Shown here piece after piece: positions 55,364 through 64,000 of a stretch of DNA of 64,000 nucleotides. Each line of letters starts with the position of its first letter. Within the stretch, counting starts at the first letter, position 1. Location: positions 64,001 through 128,000 of the IMG/VR virus record IMGVR_UViG_3300028805_000060, one strand, 5' to 3'. The notes beneath the pieces are model-generated. The model did not search any database and had not been told where the DNA came from. It saw only the letters and a program-made list of their open reading frames with translations. Source of the stretch: a virus. Lineage: Duplodnaviria > Caudoviricetes. The position numbers and the translations under genes were made by a program.

Positions 55364-55750
55364 TTAAAATTTTTGTAAAAAGGTTCCTACAATTGTAAGT
55401 CCATCTCCTGAAACTGTTTCCGCTTTAATTCTAATTCTTGATAATCCAGCAACATATACCTTATAGATTCCTGTTGTACTTATTGTTGCTGCTTTTTCAT
55501 CAGAACTATATTCTGAAACTTTAATATCTGTCCAAGAACAATCATCATCATCTAATTGTTCTCCATTTGATGACACAGTGTTTACACATCCTTGTACTTT
55601 TAATGTTCCAGTACCAGTTCCTGAAACTTCTAATGTCATAAGTTGATATCCTGCATTGTAGAAGGAATCACTTGTTTTTGATTCTTTGACTGGATTCTTA
55701 ACAGAATCAAAGAAAGGGAAAGTTCTTAAATTTAAAAATGAATTTGCCAT
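55364..55750 (-). CDS. hypothetical beta-rich structural protein
   Basis: ORF track; AGGAGG RBS. Confidence 0.6.
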   Translation of the reverse strand: MANSFLNLRTFPFFDSVKNPVKESKTSDSFYNAGYQLMTLEVSGTGTGTLKVQGCVNTVSSNGEQLDDDDCSWTDIKVSEYSSDEKAATISTTGIYKVYVAGLSRIRIKAETVSGDGLTIVGTFLQKF

Positions 55751-55884
55751 AATACCTCCTTAATAATTAATAATAATATTATAAAAAAATAAATACAATA
55801 ATTTTTATTAAGATTTAAAGATCAATGAAATTTAAACATTAATAAAGACTATGAAGTATTTATGATTTTGTATTGAATTTTAAA

Positions 55885-55914
55885 TTTATTTGGGGGAAAA
55901 CTCCCCCAAATAAA
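55885..55914. terminator. hairpin after nrdG
   Basis: TTTATTTGGGGG-AAAACT-CCCCCAAATAAA. Confidence 0.6.
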
Positions 55915-55929
55915 ACTTGTCTTTTATTT

Positions 55930-56400
55930 TTAAAGCTTTACAGCATATTGATTAGGGCTTGCTAGGACAACTCCTAAAACTTCATCAAATCTTGATGGCT
56001 GATTAGGAATAAATCTTCCATATTTAACAATGATATTCTTAAAAGATGAAAGAGTATTAGTTTTATCAATAACTTCTTCTTCTTTATATCCTGTATAAAT
56101 AACGATATCATCATCAAATTTTGCTCTAAATTTTGTAATAAAATCTAATAGATCTTCTCAAGAGTCTAATGGTTCTAGACCTCCAAATACTACAGCTGAA
56201 CTAAAAGGATTTTTTTCATATTGTTGAATTAAAGAATCTATACTTATTTCAACAGTTGGGGCAAGAGCCAGTGGGCTATTTTGACAGCATTTAATCCCGC
56301 AATCCTTTTCACACTTAAAAGTACAGTAAGGAAGACCTATAAACATTGCACATTTTTTATAGTTAGTAAAATCCTCATCTTGAACAAATTTAATTTGCAC
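55930..56400 (-). CDS. nrdG: anaerobic RNR activating radical-SAM protein (code 4, 156 aa)
   Basis: GTG overlapping the nrdD stop; CTFKC...C, GGLEP, IYTGY, KYGRF and LASPNQYA; the second half is present only with TGA=Trp. Confidence 0.88.
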
Positions 56401-58331
56401 TAGAGATCCTCCATTTGGCTCAATGTGAATCAATCTCTCAATCTAAATTCTTGTTTTCTTTCTTTTGAATAATTTACTTCAGGAGTTAAGAAACCAACAA
56501 TTCTTTGATAAGAAGTCACTTTTGGACCTCCACAAATTGGACATAAATTTCCATAAAAACCATGATTCTTACTACAAGAACTTATTCTTGTGCAAAAAGC
56601 AAAATAAGGAATTTCCATATCAGCAATTTTATTTAATAAATCCCAAGCCATATCAAAATTTGTAAATGGAGACTCTAAATTCACATGGCTGATTGATCCT
56701 CCACTACAAGCCTCGTCTAATTGAGAGCTACATGATAATTTATTGTATAAAGAAGTCTTAACCCCCAGTGGAATCCATTGATTTCCGTATAAAGGTAAAT
56801 CATAGCAACCATCTTCGAACAATAATTTATCTTTTTCTTGCAAAATTGTTGCACATCTTTCAGCTGGAACTTGTTCAATATTAATTTGATAATCAAGTTT
56901 ACCATCTGCTATAAATTGATTTTTAGTATCAGTAATAACTTTTAAAATTTCTTGAGCAAAAGCTAACCCTTCAGATGTATAACGAGCTTTCCCAAATTCA
57001 TCAACCTCTGTGCCCCCTAAATATTTGATGCATTCCCAAAGAGCACAAATTCCAATCGTAGAGTATTGAGATTTCAAATGAACTAGACCTAGAGAATAAT
57101 TTGGTAATAGACCTTTGTCAATGTTGCGTTGAATTATATGTCTAATAACATCTAAAGTTTTTACACAAGTAAGAACTCTTTCTTTTAGCTTTTCTAAATA
57201 TTTTTCTTTATCTTTCGTTTCATAAGCAATACGAGCTAAATTAATAGTATTAACTTTAACAGATCCTACTTCTAGAGCAGTACCTCCTATACTATTAAAA
57301 TACCCTAAATTATCAATATTACTAACTAATCTACAGCAGTTAGAAAGACTTGTAACATCTTCACTAATAAAGAAGTTTGAATCTGCCCATGTCATGTTAT
57401 GATTGCAACACCACTTTGCAAAATCTTCATCTACAAACTTACCATCTATACGTAAAAGAGCATAAGTCAATACTGGGAAAGTCATCATATTTTGAGATCT
57501 AATTTCACTAACTTTTCTCATGAAAGCTTTTTGATATTCGATGAACTCTTCTACTTCGTCAATCATCATTGTCCCATCAGGGAAAATCAATCCACCAAAT
57601 AATGCTTCAATATAAGATCTATCAAAAATTGAAAAATTAGTAAAAGCAGATTGAGTTACTCTTAAATAAGGCTGATTTAATTTGTAAATAATTCTCTGAA
57701 ATTCTTGATCCCTGTAATATTCTGGAGAAATAATAAAATAATTTTTTTTACAGTCATTTTTCCAGAAAAAATAAGAATAAACAAGGAAATTAGGGAGGCC
57801 TACAGCTCCACTTGTTCTGTTACTTAGCCAAGACACTGTTTCTCCAACAAAATCCGTAAAAGTTGTCAGATGTTTTGGGGGTTGTGCGTTAAAATTTGTA
57901 ACAAAGAATAATCCTTTGTCAACAATTGGCTTTAAGTCATACGCATAACAGTACGATTTGAGGGAAGAAGAATATGCATCATGCAGATAACTAGCACCAT
58001 TCCATTCATCTTCTGCCCATCTTTCTGCTTGAGGCAAATCATATTTTTTCTTTAATTCAAAAAAAATCTTATTTAAAGCTAATAGTTTTAAATGAGGTTT
58101 CATCATTTCATTCTCTAAAGTTGTGACATCTTTATGACCTATGTTAGCATTAGCATCTATACTTGCATCTGCTGTATTTTCACATTTGTCTACAAAGTTG
58201 TCTATAAATTCTGTATGGTTCATTTGTTTTTCACTTAAACCATTAAGTTCTAACATCTTTTCTCCATACTTCTTTTTCATTTTTTCTATAAAATTTTCAA
58301 AATCTTTATCTAATTTAATATCTATTTTCAT
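56400..58331 (-). CDS. nrdD: anaerobic (class III) ribonucleoside-triphosphate reductase
   Basis: YLHD, YCYAY, SNCCRL, EQVPAE, CSGGSISH, CPICG, RIVGF glycyl-radical motif; C-terminus RLRD-TGA(W)-FTLSQMEDL-TAG. Confidence 0.95.
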
Positions 58332-58335
58332 AAAA

Positions 58336-58566
58336 CTACTCCATTTGCTTTAAATAATTTACTGCAGAAATAAAATCATAGAAGACTCCGTCTACTTCCA
58401 ATATTGGGGCTGATAAAATTGAATTTTTCTTTCCCACCTCTATTATTGTATCTTGATTTGTTTCAAGTTCATAGTTAGCTTTCAATTTATCAAGCTTCAT
58501 TTTTAAAACTGCACATTTTGGACAACCTGTCGAATATAACTTTATATATTTGGGATCTAATTTCAT
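58336..58566 (-). CDS. glutaredoxin/NrdH-like redoxin
   Basis: LYSTGCPKC, SAPILEVDG; adjacent to nrdD. Confidence 0.8.
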   Translation of the reverse strand: MKLDPKYIKLYSTGCPKCAVLKMKLDKLKANYELETNQDTIIEVGKKNSILSAPILEVDGVFYDFISAVNYLKQME

Positions 58567-58578
58567 CTTATAACCCTC

Positions 58579-59262
58579 CTAAGCTTTTAAATCCGTATCT
58601 CTCTTTTTAATTTCTTTAGTTTCTTCTACTCCATCTAATGTTCTAAATTGTTTTTTTACAGCATTCTCGTATACAACATCTCCGATAGCTTTTGAAAAAT
58701 CTTTTAGATCATCATTGTTACTAACTGTTATTTCCTTTAAATTTGCTAACATTTCAGGAGTAAATTCTTCTTTTATTTCTTTTAAAGTATCTACTAATTT
58801 GTTTATCTTTTCGTCAGACATATCTGAAGAAACCTCTGCAAATTTTTCAATATTAGAAATACTTATTGCAGAATCAATCATTTTCTCAAATCTTACATAA
58901 TCTGCTTGACAGAACGAATAAATATAGTCTACTACTCCTAACTCATAAAGAGCATCAATAGTAGCATAATTTAATTTTTCAAAATTTATGTCATTATCTA
59001 AATTTAAAACATAACCAAAGAGCCCAAAAATTACTTTTCCAATTTCTAATCTCATAACAGAATCACCAAAATCTTCAGCTTTTTCTAAATTTGATAATAA
59101 TGAGAATAAAAGAATTTGTTTATTAATTAAAGAAAGATAAGGTCTAATTATAAACTTCTTGCATATTTCATTAATCTCTTTAATTAATTCTTCATTATTA
59201 GGTTCTGAGTAGCATTTTAAGCAGAGATTTAATATATCACTTAATTTAATTTTTTCATCCAT
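58579..59262 (-). CDS. hypothetical helical protein (possibly tail assembly chaperone-like)
   Basis: ORF track; function suggested only by context. Confidence 0.55.
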   Translation of the reverse strand: MDEKIKLSDILNLCLKCYSEPNNEELIKEINEICKKFIIRPYLSLINKQILLFSLLSNLEKAEDFGDSVMRLEIGKVIFGLFGYVLNLDNDINFEKLNYATIDALYELGVVDYIYSFCQADYVRFEKMIDSAISISNIEKFAEVSSDMSDEKINKLVDTLKEIKEEFTPEMLANLKEITVSNNDDLKDFSKAIGDVVYENAVKKQFRTLDGVEETKEIKKRDTDLKA

Positions 59263-59266
59263 AGCG

Positions 59267-60283
59267 TTATTCTCCTTTTGCTTCTTTTTCTTTTTTAATT
59301 ATAAAATCTTTAAAAATATTATTTAATCTATCTGATACAGGAGTATCGTCATATATTTTAATTAGTTCTGTACTTTCTCAACTAAAAATTAATCTAATTG
59401 CTTCATCAGGTAAATTCATTTGTCTTAAATAACTACAGAAAAAATGTCTTGCTGAGTGAGCATAGAATTCCAACCCGCAAATTTTTGAAACTTTTTGAGC
59501 AAAAGTATTCGCAGTGCTAATTGTCGCAGGAATATATTCTCCTGCTTTTAAAGAAACAAATAAATATTCTGAATTAATATTTAATTTTTTTCTCTCTTCC
59601 ATTCACAAAGTAAAGAATGGCTCAAAAAATTCTTTAATAACATATTTATGAATCATTTTACCTTTCTTGCCGCTTCCTTTTGATCTGACTTCTGAAGTAC
59701 AATACATGTATCCATCAAAGACTTCTTTTTCAGGAACAAAATCTGATACCTTCATTTGAATCAATTCAGCTTTTCTAGCTCCCGAAGCGCAAGCTAAAGC
59801 AAAGTAACAAGCAATTTGATACTGTTTTAAGTCAACTAGTTGTTTTAATATCTTTTGAACTTCTTCCAAAGACAAAACTGTCTTTTCTCTCGTAGGTGAA
59901 ATACGAATAGGATCTAAAGTCCTTACAAGATTTCGAAAATGAGGATATTCTTCTTCATATAATAGCTCTATTTCATTTGATAAACTGCTTAAAACAGATT
60001 TCAAAGAAGCAATTCTATTAGCACTCATTCCTAATTCTCTGCACCATCCAAAATAATAAACAAAATCTCTTTTTTTAATATCTGGAAAATTTTTATCAGA
60101 GTTATTTAATAAATTTCAACAGAAGAAGACTTTTAATCATTCCTCATATTGATGAATTGTTTGAGGAGAACAATCTTGACTTTTACAGTAGAGGAGATAA
60201 TCTTGAACTAATTTTTTATTTGTTGAACAAACATTTTCATATTGAGCAGTTAAATTCTTATTGTAAACTGTTGATCGTCCCAT
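59267..60283 (-). CDS. tyrosine recombinase/integrase (code 4, 338 aa)
   Basis: N-terminal SAM-like region, GARKAEL (R), SKG (K), HSARH, IFS-TGA(W), IKIY (catalytic Y). Confidence 0.88.
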
Positions 60284-60292
60284 AGCTCCCTC

Positions 60293-60967
60293 CTAATTTT
60301 TTATTTGATTGAGCATATCAATTTCATTATTACACATTGCAATAGCATGTGGAGCTTTTAATGTTTTGATATGTCTCTTGATTTCTTTTATCTTATCATT
60401 TATATCTCTGTTTCATTTAACATCGAAGAATGTTTTAGCTAAAAATACCGCATCAGATTCATCGTATGTTATGTCAGGAGATAATGAGTATTCTTTAACA
60501 ACATACATTTTAATATCATCCTTAGTAATTTTATCATCTTTTTTTCTATTTGTCAAGTTTTTAAAATAAGAATGAGTAGTTATTGGATAAATCCCTACAT
60601 TATCATATGTTGCAATATTATTCATGAATAAATACAAATCTAAAATTGCATGTGCTTTTGCTAATGCCACAAAAGTCTGAATAGTAGAACTTTTTCCTGC
60701 CCTGATTTGAGCAGGAACAGCTTCAAAAGACACAACAATATCTTCTTTTTTAATTCCTTTTTTAAATAATTTTTTGAAAAAAGTGTCAATTTCATTATAT
60801 AACCCCATCACTGGTAAGTCTTCATGTTCCGACACACTGAGTATCGCCAGATCTAGCGGTTTTTTAGCATTTATATCTCATATACAAACCCCTGTAATTC
60901 GGCTTGCTAAATCAAACATTATTAAATATTTATATGTCAAAATATTTTCTTTAAATTTAATAAACAT
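60293..60967 (-). CDS. RuvC-like Holliday junction resolvase (code 4, 224 aa)
   Basis: MFDLASRITGVCI (first acidic motif), VSFEA, ITKDDIK, DESDAV. Confidence 0.75.
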
Positions 60968-60975
60968 TATTCCTC

Positions 60976-61524
60976 CTATGATTCCAAACTAATTACTAAA
61001 CATTGTTCTCCGCCATCAGTAGCTTCTGTAATTTTTGCATACTGACTTCCGTTATTTACTAGAACAACGGCAGGAGCAGATTTTTTTATATATAAATCAC
61101 CTGTTAAATTAGCCGTAGGACCTGCAGTTATAGGAAGATAAAGATCTCCTTCTTCAGAAACAATATTACCTATTTCCGTCTGTAGAATATTTATTTGATC
61201 TTTTAATTCTTGTAATTTTTCTTGAATTGGTTGTTTCGATGAACCAACTTTTTTAATAATAAATGAGTTATTTAATTGATTACGAATTTTGTATACATAA
61301 ACATAATCACCTTGCTGCAGATCAAAGTCTGTTAATGCAGGAATTGAATTAATAACTGTTGATTCATCTGGCAAAATATATACATTATAACTTCCATCGT
61401 TATTTACAGAAGCTACTTTACATAAAATAGTATTATCTTGCTTATTAATTTCGTCTTGAATCATTTCTTTTATGATATCAACAAAATTACTAACTGTTTT
61501 TGTTTGATTCTTATTATCTGCCAT
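60976..61524 (-). CDS. OB-fold baseplate/tail-associated protein
   Basis: CKVASVNNDGSYNV...LQQGDYVYV pattern, coiled coil, YLPITAG...LTGDLYI fibre-like end. Confidence 0.5.
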   Translation of the reverse strand: MADNKNQTKTVSNFVDIIKEMIQDEINKQDNTILCKVASVNNDGSYNVYILPDESTVINSIPALTDFDLQQGDYVYVYKIRNQLNNSFIIKKVGSSKQPIQEKLQELKDQINILQTEIGNIVSEEGDLYLPITAGPTANLTGDLYIKKSAPAVVLVNNGSQYAKITEATDGGEQCLVISLES

Positions 61525-61548
61525 AATGTAGCCTCCATATTAAATGTT

Positions 61549-61579
61549 AAAAAAAGGATCCCTCTTTCCAGGGATCCTT
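61549..61579 (-). terminator. rho-independent terminator
   Basis: AAGGATCCCT-GGAAAG-AGGGATCCTT followed by a T tract. Confidence 0.8.
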
Positions 61580-61593
61580 AATTGTTGTGTATT

Positions 61594-61842
61594 TTATTCT
61601 TCAACAATTTGAGCTTCTTGATCTAAAACAGATTGTTGATTTTCTTCAGCATTCATTTCTTCAACATTCTCTACAACCATGTAAGCTCTTTCTTCAGGTT
61701 TTTTGCCTTTCTTTTTATTTTTCTTTTTTTCTTTTTCTTCTTCTTGTTTTTCTAATTCTAGAAGCATTTGTTTTTTCTTTGCTTCTTCTTCTCTTCTTTT
61801 TCTAGCTGCCGCGTTCTTTGCACGTAAAGTTGCTAAATCCAT
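61594..61842 (-). CDS. highly charged hypothetical protein
   Basis: ORF track; GGAGG RBS. Confidence 0.55.
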   Translation of the reverse strand: MDLATLRAKNAAARKRREEEAKKKQMLLELEKQEEEKEKKKNKKKGKKPEERAYMVVENVEEMNAEENQQSVLDQEAQIVEE

Positions 61843-61843
61843 A

Positions 61844-62263
61844 CTATTCCTCCTTAGCTTTATTCTTAGCCAATTTTACTTTCTTTCCTTCTTTCGAAGC
61901 TTTAGTCATGCTATTGAAATAATCAATTAATTCTTTAATATATGCAATTACTTCTTTAAGAGTTTCTTCATTAATTTCGATATGCATTTCTTCGCATTCT
62001 GCTTTGATAATATCAATTGCCATTTGTTCTTTTTCTTCAGAACTTCCACCTGTTGTTTCTGCTGCTTTGGTTGCAACCTCAGCTATCTTCATAATTTTAG
62101 CCCAATCTTTTTCTTTTATTAATTCTTTAATTTTTTTAAATAAAGCTAGTGCAGTAGGTACTAAAGCAGATATTGCACTAATTAAGCCAATAAGTAATGT
62201 AATTAATCCAACCCATCCTTCAACTGTTGATGGCCATATACTTAACATTGTAAACATTTTCAT
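61844..62263 (-). CDS. phage holin, LL-H-like
   Basis: single N-terminal TM helix, then IAEVATKAAE...GSSEEKEQMAI...IEINEETLKEVI. Confidence 0.65.
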   Translation of the reverse strand: MKMFTMLSIWPSTVEGWVGLITLLIGLISAISALVPTALALFKKIKELIKEKDWAKIMKIAEVATKAAETTGGSSEEKEQMAIDIIKAECEEMHIEINEETLKEVIAYIKELIDYFNSMTKASKEGKKVKLAKNKAKEE

Positions 62264-62275
62264 TCCGCTCCTTTT

Positions 62276-63163
62276 TTATTTTTTATCTTCTATTTGTAAC
62301 CCTGCATTTTTTAACAAATTATTATATTTTTTAAAATCAATATATTGCCTAAAAGCAGAGGAAAGTTGCCCTGATAAATTTGGGGCAATAATATTTACTA
62401 AATTCAAAAAATTTTTACGAGTTTCTCCTTTTATAACCTCTCCGTTTTTGGTATTTTTGTCAAGGTATCCAAAAACAAAATCTTTATCATTGTTGACACA
62501 AACAGTCTGTTTGCCTCAACCCGAACAAATCTGGAATAATGATCCATATTCAGAATCACTTAGAACTTCTCAGTTACCAGAGGAAGATAAACCTCGAAAA
62601 GTTTGTTCATATAATGGACCCGATAATAATTTTGTTCACTCAGGTAAAACAATTTTAGGATCTGAAAATAATAATAAATTATACCCAGAATATTTACTAG
62701 AAAAACCTAAATTCGTTATTTGGTTATTATTAACTAAGATATTATAAGGACTAAGAGTAGTTGAACCAAAGGAAATATCATAAGCTAAATTTGTATTAAT
62801 TGTATAAAAAATCCCAAGCGGATTTGATATTTTACTATTTATGTTTGATTCTTCAAGAATTCTAGCTAATTCATAAAAAGAAATTTCTTGACCAGGCTGA
62901 TAAGTAAAAATTTGTTCTTGTTTTAAAGAAGTTCCTCTTTCAACAAATAAATCTTCAGAGATTTGTTTATATGATCCTTTTCTTAAATACAATTCTGTAT
63001 CATTAAAAAGAATTCTAGGGATTTGAGCTTCTCTTGCATTTAATTCTCTCTGGGAAATATAAAATCAACAGTTCTCTCCTTGCTGATTTTTCCCTTGGAT
63101 TAGTAAAGGGGCATCATTATACCCAGTAAATACATTTCATTGTAAATAAAATATTAGGTTCAT
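62276..63163 (-). CDS. hypothetical protein (code 4, 295 aa)
   Basis: ATG 63163 to TAA 62276 via 5 TGAs; includes ORF 62636..62992. Confidence 0.6.
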
Positions 63164-63165
63164 TG

Positions 63166-63360
63166 TTATTCTTCACTTCTTTCAAAATTTTTACAAACAT
63201 CTTTATCTGCTGTGCATTCAAATAATTTGATATTCTTACAATATCTCTGATACATACATCTTTCCCCTGTTAACACACAAATAAAATAGGATGCTCCATT
63301 TCCTTGAGAATGGATACATTTTCTTGCTTTAACTTTAGGAATTAAATTTTGTTTATTCAT
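63166..63360 (-). CDS. small Cys-rich protein
   Basis: ATG 63360 after AAGGAG; C...FIC...RCMYQRYC...C...C. Confidence 0.55.
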   Translation of the reverse strand: MNKQNLIPKVKARKCIHSQGNGASYFICVLTGERCMYQRYCKNIKLFECTADKDVCKNFERSEE

Positions 63361-63487
63361 GATTTCTCCTTTTATTAATCTCAAATTAATCACTTTTTAT
63401 TTTCAATCTATTAGACCAAAACGAACAGCCTAATAAACTGAAAATAAAAAGCGAAAAAATTTATTTTTCACTTTTTATATATTAATT

Positions 63488-64000
63488 TTATGCTGCTGAT
63501 ACTACAACAGTTTCCTTGATACTAGGCTTATCTGTTAAAGAAATAGTATATGTTGCAGCACTTGGGAAAGTTTTAGTTCCCTCAGGGAAAGTAGGATCAA
63601 AAGTTAATTTATCATTATCAACTAAATTTAAAGTCCCATTCTTATGTAAAGCATAAATGTGAGGAATCATACCTACTTTTAAATAATCTTCATCAGCAAC
63701 GAGTTCAGTTACATCATCATACCAATGAAGGTCATTATATACCGCGATAATTCTAAGTAATTTAGAATTATTCATATCGCAACCATCTTGAGAAGCTAAA
63801 GCTGTACCAGATAAAGACATTGTTTGGTTAGAACTCATATTCATTGTGAATTCTTGAGCACCATTTAATTTAAATCTAGGAACTTCATAAGTGATAGTAC
63901 CAGCAGCTTTACCAGCAGATGCCTCGCAAGCATCACCAGCAAAAATTGGAGCTGTAATAACTAAGAATAATTCTTCAGGAATCATATTACTTGAAATTTC
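63488..64000 (-). CDS. probable major tail tube protein, C-terminal part (begins beyond the window)
   Basis: frame open to the window edge; VPRFKLNGAQEFTMNMSSNQTMSLSGTALA resembles siphovirus tube proteins; Ig-like tail. Confidence 0.5.
   Translation of the reverse strand, partial: EISSNMIPEELFLVITAPIFAGDACEASAGKAAGTITYEVPRFKLNGAQEFTMNMSSNQTMSLSGTALASQDGCDMNNSKLLRIIAVYNDLHWYDDVTELVADEDYLKVGMIPHIYALHKNGTLNLVDNDKLTFDPTFPEGTKTFPSAATYTISLTDKPSIKETVVVSAA

Noticed and set aside
56401-56433. ORF-track N-terminal extension of nrdG (MIHIEPNGGSL)
   Set aside because: Under code 4 this region is the C-terminus of NrdD; GTG at 56400, preceded by GGAGG, is the better start
62004-62747. 247-aa plus-strand ORF and the other plus-strand ORFs (e.g. 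29544..30035, 24636..24950, 47493..47810)
   Set aside because: Antisense shadows of minus-strand genes, with no RBS or recognisable motifs
1-64000. tRNA genes (including a UGA suppressor), CRISPR arrays and a diversity-generating retroelement
   Set aside because: I saw no T-loop GTTCGA cloverleaf, no regularly spaced repeats, no reverse transcriptase and no adenine-specific TR/VR pair; the fibre duplications differ at all base types

Overview
AT-rich segment of a large tailed (siphovirus-like) phage genome, with essentially all genes on the minus strand. The supplied code-11 ORF track is fragmented because this genome reads TGA as Trp (code 4). Paralogous and internally duplicated segments alternate TGG and TGA at the same Trp, and read-through joins the fragments into full-length genes. 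In transcription order (high to low coordinates) the window holds: tail tube C-terminus; LL-H-type holin; RuvC-like resolvase; tyrosine recombinase; glutaredoxin/nrdD/nrdG; a fibre and adhesin cluster including a ~2270-aa Ser/Thr-rich protein; a SipW-type secreted protein; a PNK-phosphatase-RNA ligase fusion; a second phosphoesterase; a giant ~3825-aa tape-measure gene; baseplate genes; SSB; a Cas4/RecB-like nuclease; DnaE; Thg1; and a run of small paralogous ORFs. The stand-out locus is the tape-measure gene (34930->21809). Its N-terminal part carries two-barrel RNA polymerase motifs (GEKIAAESGLHGVV; RFP...NADVDGD) followed by a PD-(D/E)XK nuclease motif set. Its conserved tape-measure core is split by two group I introns, one of which encodes a homing endonuclease, and it needs ~20 TGA-Trp codons. 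DnaE, the RNA-repair fusion and Thg1 contain no in-frame TGA. All calls come from manual reading and motif recognition; no searches were run.
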